64,000 nucleotides of DNA from an uncultured Gemmatimonadaceae bacterium (GCA_963829055.1 CAWHHI010000006.1:1-64000), one strand, 5' to 3'; positions 1 through 9,983 are shown, counted from the first letter of the stretch. Program-made: numbers and translations. The notes: generated from the letters alone by a model not told the origin.

Positions 1-5
1 CGACT

Positions 6-206
6 ATGAAGCGGGAACTGATCGACACCGGCAGGGACACGCGGTATGCCAAGCGGGCCGCCGATGGCACCTGGACCGAGATGGATGATGTGGGGACATC
101 GCTGCGTGTCGATCGCGCCCGTGCGGCGAAGACCGCGGTGAAGCCCGGACACGGTGACCAGGGCGATCGAAAACGCGCCACGAAGAAGGCTGCGAAGAAG
201 AGGTAA
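6..206 (+). CDS. small basic conserved hypothetical protein
   Basis: 66-aa ORF (KRELIDTG..RY..R..DG...E.DDVG.SL..D....AKT.VKPG.GD.GD) matching a small uncharacterised family as I recall it; K/A-rich tail. Confidence 0.7.
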   Translation: MKRELIDTGRDTRYAKRAADGTWTEMDDVGTSLRVDRARAAKTAVKPGHGDQGDRKRATKKAAKKR

Positions 207-219
207 GGAGGTGGGCAGA

Positions 220-564
220 ATGACATCGCCCGACGACAGCAAGATGGACGGAGAGCGCAAAGCGGTCGCCCTGTTTCTCAACCGCATCCGTTCGCTCGCC
301 CAGTACAAGGACGCCATCCAATGTGCGGAGGAGCGCCCGCCGAAGGGCCAGCCAGGTCGCGCGATCCGCAGTCGGTTCGATGGCTTCCTGCACTCGTTCG
401 TCATTCCCGAAGGCGCGGGTCTCGATGAAGCCATCGAGTACGCCCGCTTGTTCGAGTGCTTCGTGCAGGAAGGCGCGGTCAGGAAGGACACGGTGGCGCT
501 GCTGCGAGCGCGCATTCAGCGCAGTCTCGCGGCCGTGGAACAGCGCGAGGGTAGTCAGGGCTAG
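220..564 (+). CDS. hypothetical protein
   Basis: Strong RBS AAGGAGGT before ATG at 220; its TAG stop lies within the CTAG target site of the IS. Confidence 0.6.
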   Translation: MTSPDDSKMDGERKAVALFLNRIRSLAQYKDAIQCAEERPPKGQPGRAIRSRFDGFLHSFVIPEGAGLDEAIEYARLFECFVQEGAVRKDTVALLRARIQRSLAAVEQREGSQG

Positions 565-1993
565 TACTACTTTGTCAGATTCGATGATCGATCTCGATTG
601 CTAATGGATTCGATCTGTTATTTGCGCTGGTCGTCGGAGGGCGCCGTCGGTACGCTGCCCTGCAGTGCTGCCGCGCAACGCCCCCGCGTGGTTGGATCGG
701 TTGAGCACGTGGCTGGAGCCGTTCGAGGTGTGCTTCGGTCACGTCGCGCAACGGGGGGCGTTCCGTCGCTATCTGCTCGGGTTGCTGAGCGACAGCCGGC
801 GCAAGTCGATGAGCGCGATGCTCGCGCGCGTCAGCGATCCCGGCAGCTATCAAGCCTTTCAGCATTTCATCACCGACGCGCCGTGGACGGCGACCGTGGT
901 GTGGCGCCACCTGCGGGCGATGCTGCCCGATCGCGCGGGCGTGCTGATTCTCGACGGCACCAGCTTTCCCAAGCAGGGCCGCCACTCGGTGGGCGTGGCG
1001 CGCCAGTACTGCGGCACCTTGGGCAAGACGGCCAATTGCCAAGTCGCGGTGACGGCGGCGTTGTGGACGGGCGCCCGCGCCTGGATGGTCGGCGCGCGCT
1101 TGTACCTGCCCGAGACCTGGCTCACCCCCGAGTCGCGGCGGCGCGCGCGGATCCCGGCCACCGTGCGCTTTCAGGAGAAATGGCGCCTGGCGCTGACGCT
1201 CGTGCAGCAGGTGCGCGCGAGTGGCCTGACGGTGACCGCCGTCGTGGCCGACGCCGAGTTCGGCAACAACGCGACGCTGCGGCGCGCCCTGCATCGCGCG
1301 CAGCTCCCGTATGCGCTCGGCGTGGCGTCGGACCTGAAGGTGTTTCTTGGCACGCCTGCGCTGCACGTGCCCGCCGCCCGCTCGCGCACGGGGCGCCCGC
1401 GCACGCGGCCGCAGTTGCCGCCGGGGACGGCGGCCGTCGAGGCCCGGGTGTGGGCCGCCACCCAACCCACACGCGCGTGGCGCCTGGTCTCGTGGCGCAA
1501 TGGGACCCAGCCGCCGTGGCGCGCCCGCTTCTGCGCCACGCGCGTGACTCCGGCCCACGACTGGCGCGAGCGCCGGCTCGCGCCCGAGGTGTGGCTCCTC
1601 TGCGAACGCGACCTCGGCGCAGCGCCGCGCACCAAGCATTACCTGGTCCACCTGCCGGCCACGGCCTCGCTCCGGGATCTGGTGCACCTGGCGCATCAGC
1701 GCTGGGCGATCGAACAGCAGTACCAAGAGCTCAAAGACGAACTCGGCCTCGATCATTTCGAAGGCCGCTCGCTGCCGGGGTGGGACAAGCACGTGGTGCT
1801 GACGGCCCTCGCGTACGCCTGGCTGCAACACGAACGCGCGGCGCCGCGGCGCGCGACTGCCCACGTTGCCGATCGCGCGGGCGGTCATCACCGAGATTCT
1901 CACCGCCCACTTCTTCGTCACACATCCGCACTATCTGGACACCATGCTGAAATTGCGGGATGTCCAACTGCGGATCTAACAAAGTAGTACTAG
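561..1993 (+). mobile_element. IS701-family insertion sequence
   Basis: Terminal IRs TACTACTTTGTCAGAT (565-580) and ATCTAACAAAGTAGTA (1974-1989) match 15/16; flanked by a CTAG duplication (561-564, 1990-1993). Confidence 0.93.
665..1979 (+). CDS. IS701-family DDE transposase
   Basis: Motifs ILDGTSFPKQGRHSVGVARQYCGTLGKTANCQVAV, VADAEFG, RWAIEQQYQELKDELGLDHFEGRS; probable indel near 1850, so the true C-terminus is likely LPTLPIARAVITEIL...LRI* ending inside the right IR. Confidence 0.92.
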
Positions 1994-2621
1994 GTGCGTG
2001 GTCGGAAGTAGGTTTGCGACTGTCGCGCTCGGATGGCGGCGACGATGGCGGGCACGCCACACCGAGGTACTGGCATCGCGCCTGTCCACGCCGTCCGTTC
2101 AGTCCACCCAATTCACCCTGTTCCCCCAATGACCTTGCTTTCTCACCTGGGAGTGAGGAGATCGGACGGACTGGACGTTCTGGACGGCCATGGTAGTCAG
2201 CCTCCATCGCGATTCTTCCGCCTCAGTCCACTCGTTTCCTGCCAGCCTCGACCCACCAGAGGCCATCGGCCTGCCTGTCCAGCCGTTCAGGAAGCGCCCT
2301 GGAGTGGGGCTGCATCACGGCACCCGAGTCCTCCCGCTGCCGCAGGCGCTATCGCGTTCGCGGCAGGTACTCGCTGACAGCTAGGCACGGTTCCCGGCGT
2401 GCTCTTCGCCCAGCAACTCGCGCTCCTAACAATGGTAAGTCGTGCTGCCCCCATGTCCGAGCGTGTTGGGTATTGGCGCCTCGCGGCTCGAACAGATGAG
2501 CTTATGATGCGTCACGGCGCAGGCTGGACGAACCAGTCGCAGGCCGGACAACTCTGGGAGCTGAGAGGTGAGCTGCCATGGCGAACCCCACAACGTCGAT
2601 CAACTAAGAAAGAACGATCAT

Positions 2622-3347
2622 TTGACGAGAACACGGGCACTGAGCACGATCTTGGCTGGTTGCGCACTGGCGGCGGGCGGAGGCACCCTTCTCCTTTCAG
2701 CACACGGCGGCGACACCACTCTTATCCACGCCTGCGTGGACAGCAAAGGCGCGTTGAAAATCATCGCGGCGAGTGCCATGTGTAAGGCGGGCACAACGTC
2801 GCTGGACTGGAGCATCGTCGGACCTCCCGGTACGCCTGGAGTTCCCGGTACTCCTGGTGCGCCCGGGACGCCTGGTATTGCAGGGACAGCAGGAGCGGAC
2901 GCTCCATTGGAGGCGCTGGGACGGGTCGCTTACGGTACGGCGAGGCTCGGGTTTGTCGGTATCACGCCGAACCCTCAGGAGGTGACCAGTGCAACCATCG
3001 TCGCGGGCGGTGCCCCGGGCGAGTGGTCGTTCGTGAAGGTCGATGCGACCCTGCACGCGGCCAACAATCGCAGCGAGCGCGTTGCGTTTGTCGTCACTCG
3101 CGACGGGAGCACCGACACCTCAATCTACCAACAAATCTCGGTTGACCCCTATACCGGCACTTCGGCGAGCGTGTCGTGGGTGGTTCGCCTCCCGGCAGGA
3201 ACCCAGGAGACATTTCGCCTGAAGTATGAGTTCACGCCGTATAGCCCGACATGCGAAACCTCCAACTCCTGCACGCGCCACGACCTGGACGGAGTCATCA
3301 CGGCGACGGCGATGCCCTTCGGCTCGACTGGCACGACGGACTGGTAG
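2622..3347 (+). CDS. secreted collagen-like (Gly-X-Y repeat) protein
   Basis: Signal-peptide-like N-terminus from TTG 2622, IHACV..G.LKII....C motif, then GPPGTPGVPGTPGAPGTPGIAGTAG and a beta-rich C-terminal domain. Confidence 0.7.
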   Translation: MTRTRALSTILAGCALAAGGGTLLLSAHGGDTTLIHACVDSKGALKIIAASAMCKAGTTSLDWSIVGPPGTPGVPGTPGAPGTPGIAGTAGADAPLEALGRVAYGTARLGFVGITPNPQEVTSATIVAGGAPGEWSFVKVDATLHAANNRSERVAFVVTRDGSTDTSIYQQISVDPYTGTSASVSWVVRLPAGTQETFRLKYEFTPYSPTCETSNSCTRHDLDGVITATAMPFGSTGTTDW

Positions 3348-3579
3348 AGCCCAAACAGGGTGCCCTCCAGAGAATCTGGAAGTTGGGTGAGTTGCCGCTG
3401 GCGGTCCTGCCGTTTGCCTGACTGAACTGCAAACTGCAACTCACCTGCAATTCTCTGCATCTCCCATCCGACACCCTTACTGCTGCAACTACACCCTCCC
3501 CCGTAGGGGGAGGTGTGCAGCAGGAGTCCAGCAGTTCAAATGACAGGGAGGAGCGGGACTGGGGGCCTACAATATCCGG

Positions 3580-3798
3580 ATGATCCCAGACATCCAAATC
3601 TACGCACGGAAGGGGCTGGAGACCGAACTCGCGCGACTCAATGCCGAGCGCGAGCGGGTGAGGGAGTTGCTGGCGTCGCTCGATGGCGCATCGACGAAGG
3701 CTGCGACGACCAGCGCGGCTCTCGCCAAGCGCCCCCGCCAGATGTCCGAGGCCGGGAGACAGGCAATTCGAGAGGCGGTGAAGCGGCGGTGGGCGTAG
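3580..3798 (+). CDS. small coiled-coil, basic-tail putative DNA-binding protein
   Basis: 72 aa; heptad-like ETELARLNAERERVRELLASLDG followed by MSEAGRQAIREAVKRRWA basic helix. Confidence 0.65.
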   Translation: MIPDIQIYARKGLETELARLNAERERVRELLASLDGASTKAATTSAALAKRPRQMSEAGRQAIREAVKRRWA

Positions 3799-3861
3799 GC
3801 GCGGGCAGCGGCTGCCACTCACGCTTGCGTAAAACTGGCGACCTATTCAAGACTACATGGC

Positions 3862-5540
3862 GTGATCTCCGCCTGCAGTTCAAGTTCGGAATTGGCCCCG
3901 GGGTTCCCGCTGAGCCTTTGACCCTTGCGCCCGTGACCGTGTTCGTAGGTCCGAACAATTCCGGTAAGAGCAAAGTGCTCGCCGAAATTTACCATTTCTG
4001 TCAAACCGGCGGAAAGAACACGCAGGACGTGATCTTGGAGTGGCTTGAGTTCTTGCCTTTTGACGCCTCGTCGGCATCGGCGGCGATAACGCACTGCCAG
4101 CTTCCGCTTCGACCGGCCGAGACAATACAACCGGGCAACATAATAGTAGGGCGGCGAGGGCAGCGCATCAACGTAAGTCAGAACGAACTACTGGCCTATC
4201 TTCAGAACCCCGTCGCAAACATTCAAGCATTTTGTCAGCGGTTCGCGTCGTACAACACTCTGATGCTGGATGGCGCGAGTCGGATTGGACTCGTCAGAGA
4301 GCAAGATGCTGGCGACCTACAGCTGGAGCCGCACAGCAGTTTCCAGGTTCTCTTTCGAGACAACGAGAAGCGGGCAGAGATTCGGAGGATTGTCTCGGAA
4401 GCAATCGGGTCAGTCTTCGTGATTGATCCGACACACCTTGGCAAGCTCCGCGCAAGGCTGTCATCTCGATTGCCGCGTGAAGAAGCCGAGGAACGAGGCA
4501 TCCACGATGAGGCTGTGCGCTTTCATGCATCGGCACAACCGATCGAGCAGTCCAGTGACGGTGTGAAGGCATTTGCGGGGATCGTTACTGAGCTGATCGC
4601 TGGCGATCCAAGGGTAGTGTTGATCGATGAACCTGAAGCGTTCCTGCACCCGTCTCTGGCATTCAAGCTAGGATGGGAGGTCTCATCTCTCGCCAGTCGG
4701 TCGCAAAAGCGACTACTAGTCTCCACTCACAGCCCCAATTTTGTTATGGGCTGCATTCAGTCTGGCGCACCTGTCAATATTGTAAGACTGACCTATCGCA
4801 ACTCCGTGGCTACGTCACGTGTCCTACCCAGTGAGCACCTCTTGGAGCTGATGAGGAATCCACTTCTTCGCTCAACGGGTATGCTCAGCGGCCTTTTCTA
4901 TGAGTTTGTCGTCGTTACCGAATCGGATGCTGATCGCGCGTTTTATCAGGAGATCAACGAGCGCCTACTCAAGCACAAGCCGGAATGGGGCATCCCCAAC
5001 TGCCTCTTTCTGAACGCCCAGAATAAGCAAACCGTACAAACCATCATCACGCCCTTGCGCCAGCTTGGCATCCCGGCGGCCGCCATCGTTGATGTAGACA
5101 TCGTCAAGGAAGGGGGCTCTGTCTGGAGCGGCTTTCTCTCCGCGGGATGCGTGCCAGCAGCATCCGCCAGTGCCTTGGCCACGCTGAGGTCAAATATCAA
5201 GACGGCGATGGACTCCTCGGGAAAGAACATGAAGCGGGATGGCGGAGTCGAAGTTCTATCTGGCGACTCCCGCCGGTCAGCTGGCGACCTTCTCGACCAA
5301 TTAGCCAAGTACGGCCTGTTCGTTGTTCCTGGTGGCGAGTTGGAGTCTTGGTTCAAGCTGTTGGGCGTGAGTGGCCACGGCCCCGGCTGGCTCGTAGCTA
5401 TGTTTGAGCGACTCGGGGCCGATCCGAGTAGCGAGGGGTACGTTAGGCCATCGGACGACGACGTGTGGGCGTTCATGGCCGCTGTGAAGGAGTGGTTGGT
5501 GGATCCACGTAGGGCGGGTATCCCCACCGGCACGAGTTGA
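3862..5540 (+). CDS. OLD-family/AAA_21 ABC-type ATPase fused to TOPRIM-like nuclease (putative anti-phage protein)
   Basis: Walker A GPNNSGKS, signature-like SSDG, Walker B/D-loop LIDEPEAFLHP, H-loop STHSP, TOPRIM-like VVTESDAD and DVD; visibly lower GC; start approximate (GTG 3862 needs one indel). Confidence 0.8.
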
Positions 5541-5557
5541 GCAGCTGAGCAGTGCTC

Positions 5558-5590
5558 GTCAATGTGCTCTGGAACGGGGGGCACATTGAC
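5558..5590. terminator. hairpin between convergent genes
   Basis: GTCAATGTGC...GCACATTGAC perfect 10-bp inverted repeat after the ATPase stop. Confidence 0.45.
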
Positions 5591-5780
5591 ACGAATCCAG
5601 CTATGCTTAATGAACTTCGACCTTCGGTGTGCGTCAGACCCTTCCGGGCCTGTCACGGTCGTCCGCGGCTCGGTCTGTAGGTAAATGAAGACCCGAGCAG
5701 TGTCCGGTGCGCCAAAGCGCGCGGTTCATGGGCACGCGTACGGGCCGTTCACCGGGAGCGTCTACTCCCGAACGCCGCGC

Positions 5781-5907
5781 TCAAAGGCTGTCACACCGGT
5801 TCCCCTTGCACTCATCCCGGAGGCTCTCGTAGAGCCCCGCATAGGTCAGGAGGATGTCCTTGAGCCTCTGACGTATGCGGTCGGAGTTCAACGCCTGCGT
5901 ACTCATG
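5781..5907 (-). pseudogene. hsdR: type I R-M HsdR extreme C-terminal remnant
   Basis: MSTQALNSDRIRQRLKDILLTYAGLYESLR resembles the C-terminus of HsdR proteins that accompany this HsdM type (recalled, not searched). Confidence 0.6.
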
Positions 5908-6288
5908 GTGACCGCCGCTGACACAAGCGCGGCTCTACGTTCTTGCAAGAGGGTAATTGCGCGGCCTGCCTCGGCCCTGAGCGACTCAATGGACCCCACG
6001 CGGTTGGTGATCCACCTGGCGATCTGCTCTTGTTCGTCAAGTGGCGGCGTTGGAATCGACGCGCGTTTTAGATCGAAGATGTTCACGCCGCGCACAGCAG
6101 CACCAAGGCTGCCACTAGCTAGCGCCTCTCGTACCGGGCTTGAGAGCAGAGCCCAACGCAGCCAAGCGCCGTGGACTCCACTTGCGGGCGCAACCCGGGC
6201 CACGTCCTGAGTGATATTGGCTCCAGTGAGTTCCTCCGGAACGATCCGCAGTCCCCGATTGACCCCCGGATCGAGTACACCAGGTCGC
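5908..6288 (-). pseudogene. hsdS: type I R-M HsdS C-terminal fragment
   Basis: [15 protein letters not shown] motif, IPTPPLDEQEQIA and LLQERRAALVSAAVT conserved HsdS repeats. Confidence 0.85.
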
Positions 6289-6774
6289 CGGATCAGCTCC
6301 TCGAACACATGCCCCATCCGCGCGTTGCTGACACGCGTCGGGTGGAGGTCGATGTTGGCGAACTTCTCGGTGACCAGGTAGAGCAGCCCGGCCTTGGCGA
6401 GGCGGTCGATCTGCGTGTGGAAGTCGAAGCGCTCGAAGATGTCGCGCACCGCAGGCGAGAACGCCTGCATGTAGGCGCGGAGGTTCTCGCCGATGTGGTC
6501 CTGGTCGCCCATGCAGCTTCTTCAGGTCGAGCGGCGAGGTGTTGTAGAAGAGCTGGCCGCCGCCTTGCAGCAGGAAGGGCTCGGGGTTCAGCCCGGCCTT
6601 CTGGCGCTTCGCCAGTTCGGCCAGCACGGCGGCCTTCGTCGGCTCCAGCACGCAGTCGAGGCGGCGCAGGACGGTGAACGGGAGGATGACCTTGCCGTAC
6701 TCGGATTGCTTGTAGTCGCCGCGCAGCAGGTCGGCGACGGACCAGATGAAGGCGGAGAGATTCGTGTCGTTCAT
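6289..6774 (-). pseudogene. hsdM: type I R-M HsdM N-terminal fragment (no methyltransferase domain)
   Basis: [38 protein letters not shown]...[10 protein letters not shown]; ends before the SAM-binding and NPPF motifs. Confidence 0.9.
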
Positions 6775-6823
6775 TGACGGCGCTGAGTATATTCGGCGGC
6801 CCGATGATCGCAGACGGTCTCGG

Positions 6824-7198
6824 CTAGCTAGAAGGCGTGTCTGTTTCCTTCGGTCCTAACCGCCACTTCTCAAGCGCCTTGTCGAACTCGAAGTGCGGGC
6901 TCCCGCGCAGGACGACGTAGACCGCGGTCACCAGCCGTTTGGAGGCTGTTCGCACACCCCGCCGTCGCATCTCATCGGCCAGTTCGCGTGAGGACATCGG
7001 CTCGCCGCGCTCTCGCAGGAGCCTGCGAGCAGCGGCGACTATGCCGAGGCTGGTCCAACTCCCTGGCTGGTCGGCGCTCTGTTCGCCATCTAGCGAAGCG
7101 AGGCCCGCGAGGGCGGTGTCAATCCGCTCTAGCTCGGCCGCTAGTGCACTGCGTCGGCTCTGCAGTTCCCGGCGGACGGAATCGAACGCCTTGCTCAT
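6824..7198 (-). CDS. coiled-coil + winged-helix (HARE-HTH-like) protein
   Basis: N-terminal coiled coil, then [26 protein letters not shown] wHTH and terminal KWRL. Confidence 0.65.
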   Translation of the reverse strand: MSKAFDSVRRELQSRRSALAAELERIDTALAGLASLDGEQSADQPGSWTSLGIVAAARRLLRERGEPMSSRELADEMRRRGVRTASKRLVTAVYVVLRGSPHFEFDKALEKWRLGPKETDTPSS

Positions 7199-7508
7199 GC
7201 CCACCTAGCGATGCCCCTAGCCATGACGGGGAGGAGCATAGCACCAACAATAGGTAGCGCCACCATGTTTAGAGGGGAGATTAAGCATTGGATTTCGCCG
7301 GTGGCACTATGACACGCATTGACTAACTGTATGTATATCAATAGGTTGCCAAAGCAAGGCCTACCTATAGTAATGGCTATGCATACGGCTATGTATGTGT
7401 GCAAGTACGCGAATTACATTGCCAAACACATAGCCTCTCCCGCAAAGTTGTGTCAGGGCAAATGAGACGGCCATCCTGGCCTGACATTGTTCCTGGAACG
7501 AGTTTTCG

Positions 7509-8516
7509 ATGAAGTCCATCAATGAGACCCTCACCCCCGCTGCCGACCCAGAGGCGGCTCCTTCGTATACGCCCGACGACCCGACCCTCGTGGCGCGGAT
7601 CCTCCTCGACCAGTGGGCCACCGCGACCGGTGAGGACACCGTCCGTCGTTGGCGCGGTCGGACATGGAGCTGGGAGGGCCAGTCGTACTCGGAGGTGAAG
7701 CAGGACGCCTTCCGGAACCGGGTTCAGTTGGCCATGCAGCCGTACTACGAGCAAAACGTGTTCGACCGGCACGGCAACGTGGTGCATGTGACGCCGCACC
7801 GGGTCAACGCGGTGATCGCGGCGATCAACTCACAGGTCGCGGTGGATGACGCGATCGAACAGCCCTGCTTGCTCGACAATCTCGGCGCACCGCTCGATCT
7901 GCCTGGAGTCCGGCATGGGTTCCTGGCCTTCGAGAACGGGATCCTCTTGCTCGACCGGACGCTGGCCGGACTGCCGACGTTGTTCCCCCTTCACCCGAGG
8001 TGGTTCAGCCAGGTCGTCCTGCCGTACGCCTACGACAACAACGCGACGTGCCCGCAGTGGACGCAGTTCCTTGCCGAGATGTTCGAGGGAGACGCGGAGG
8101 CGCAGAAGTTCGCACAGGAGTACCGGATGCACACCAACCCGGCACGCACGTTCCTCTCGGATGCGTACGAGGTGGGGGCGGGGCGATTGCCTGTCACGGA
8201 GGTGTATGGGGACTATTGCGCATTCGCCACGGAATTGGGTGCCGAGCCGGTATCGGCGCACGCCTTCGGACTGGAGGTGAGCAGCGCCTTCGGCAAGGCG
8301 GTCAAGCGCAAGCGCCTCGGTCAAGGCAATCCCCGCCCCTACGTGTACGTCGGCCTCCAGCGCACGTCCGTCCGTCCTGGCGAAGTCGAAGATGAATTGA
8401 ATATGGAGCGTGAGGAGTTGGGAGGAGAGAGCGAGGCCCAGGACGGCATGGACGCCGGGACGTACCTGCTGATCGAAGGCGACACCACGGGAGACTCGGT
8501 GGAGTGGGGCGAGTGA
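7509..8516 (+). pseudogene. phage/plasmid P4-family (D5) primase-helicase with internal deletion of the SF3 helicase
   Basis: D5_N-like FENGILLL...LPYAYDNNATCPQWTQFL joined directly to C-terminal YR...NP..FL...EVYGDYC.FA wHTH; no Walker A. Confidence 0.75.
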
Positions 8517-8528
8517 TGACGCGATTCG

Positions 8529-8837
8529 GTGAGCATCACAAGCAGGGCGGGGGGGGCGAAAGCCCCCCTGCTGTCCTTCGGCAAGCACGCGCAGCTGACG
8601 GCCGGTCGCGAACGGGAGCAGATTCGTTCCACGGAGCCGCCCAAGCTGCTCACCGTGAATGAGGCCGCCGAGTACCTACGGCTGAGCCGAACGCGGTGTA
8701 CGCGCGTGTGGCACGGGGACAATTGGCGTGCCTGCGGATGGGTGTCGGGAAGCGCGCCGATCCGGTTCACCTGGGCCATGCTGGTAGACTCCCTCCGCCA
8801 CGAGTCCAGCACCATCACCACCGAAAGGGCCGCGTGA
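8529..8837 (+). CDS. excisionase-like HTH protein (frameshifted)
   Basis: LLTVNEAAEYLRLS then shifted VYARVARGQLACLR; directly upstream of integrase. Confidence 0.7.
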   Translation: MSITSRAGGAKAPLLSFGKHAQLTAGREREQIRSTEPPKLLTVNEAAEYLRLSRTRCTRVWHGDNWRACGWVSGSAPIRFTWAMLVDSLRHESSTITTERAA

Positions 8838-9983
8838 TGGGTGTCACCGTCGTCGAGATACCGCCGGAGCACGCGGCGGGTGGAGGTGGAGTCCGCGTCC
8901 CGGTTCCGGGTGCAAGGCGAACCGCCAAACGCAAGCAACTCAACTCCAGGTCAGGCCGAAACCTGGGCCGCAACGTGAGTTGACGGGAGCTCACGAGCGA
9001 GATCGGGTTGGGACGCTGGCAGAAGCAAGCTGCCAGGCCCATGTCCCGGCGCTCTCCGAGTTCGCACCACGTTCGTGGCCGAGGCATACGGTCGCGCAAA
9101 TCAGCATAAGGCGAGCGGGGTGCTGTCCAAGGAGAGTCGATTCTGCGGGCACCATCTCGTGCCGACATTCGGCGGACGAGCGTCTCGACCGAATCGACGA
9201 CCGCTCGGTGTGCAGCGTTGAAGGCCAAGCTGCTACGAGCCGATCGGCGTCCGAAGACGGTCAACAACGTGCTCTCGGTCCTGCGAAAGCTGCTGACGGT
9301 GCGGTCGAGTGGAACTAATCGACCGTCTGCCTTGTAGGATTTCGTCGTGCCCGGGACGCGGTGCGCAAAGACGCCCGCAGGCTTTTACGACGACGAGTAG
9401 GCCGAGGTTTCGTCACCGAGCCGAGCGGCGGGAACGGGACCCTCACCTCGTTGCGTTGCTCGGTAGTGACGCCGGGCTCCGGTGCGGGCGAGATGACGGG
9501 CTTCGAGTGGCGGGATGTGAAATGGCCCGCCGGTCACCTTGTGGTGGAGCGGTCGAGTTGGCGTGGGCAGACTGTGCTGACCAAGCACCGACGGGGGATA
9601 CGTGCCTCTCACGGACCGTGCCGGTGACCGTCCCTGCATGCCGCACTGTCGAGGTACGGGGTGCGCGGGCCGGTGCTGCGCGGCCGACATCCTGGCAACA
9701 TGATGACGAAGTGGCGCGGTCCGTTAGACCGGCTGCGCCCGGTAGCGCTGCGGGAGTGTACATACGGGGTCCACGTACTACGTCACTACGTTTTGTTCAC
9801 GTCTGGCGGCATGCAGGGGCGGCGACCACAAGCAAATTCAGGCACTGGCGGGCCAGAGACCTCGCAGCAACGGAGGGCTATATGCACTTGGCCGCGGGCG
9901 GCCGGGAACTGGCCATCGCGCTTCTGAACCCTCCCGCCGCGGGTGCGGCGGGAGCAACAGGCGAGCAGCAGCCTCAGCCTTGA
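8837..9983 (+). pseudogene. int: tyrosine recombinase/phage integrase, heavily frameshifted
   Basis: Fragments across frames: PKTVNNVLSVLRKLL, DAGLR.GE..GFEWRDV, GVHVLRH, RDLAATEGYMHL; ends about 35 bp from the tRNA 3' end. Confidence 0.85.

Noticed and set aside
575..1950. Long overlapping and antisense ORFs over the transposase, and similar ones window-wide
   Set aside because: Arg/Ala/Pro-rich shadow ORFs typical of high-GC DNA, with no motifs
3862..5540. Gabija or retron system
   Set aside because: No UvrD-like helicase, reverse transcriptase or msr-msd nearby
7327..7342. Possible LexA SOS box CTGTATGTATATCAAT
   Set aside because: Right half does not match ACAG, and the E. coli-type box is not expected in this lineage
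8837..9983. Programmed frameshifting in the integrase
   Set aside because: Too many breaks and no slippery sites; decay or sequencing error is simpler
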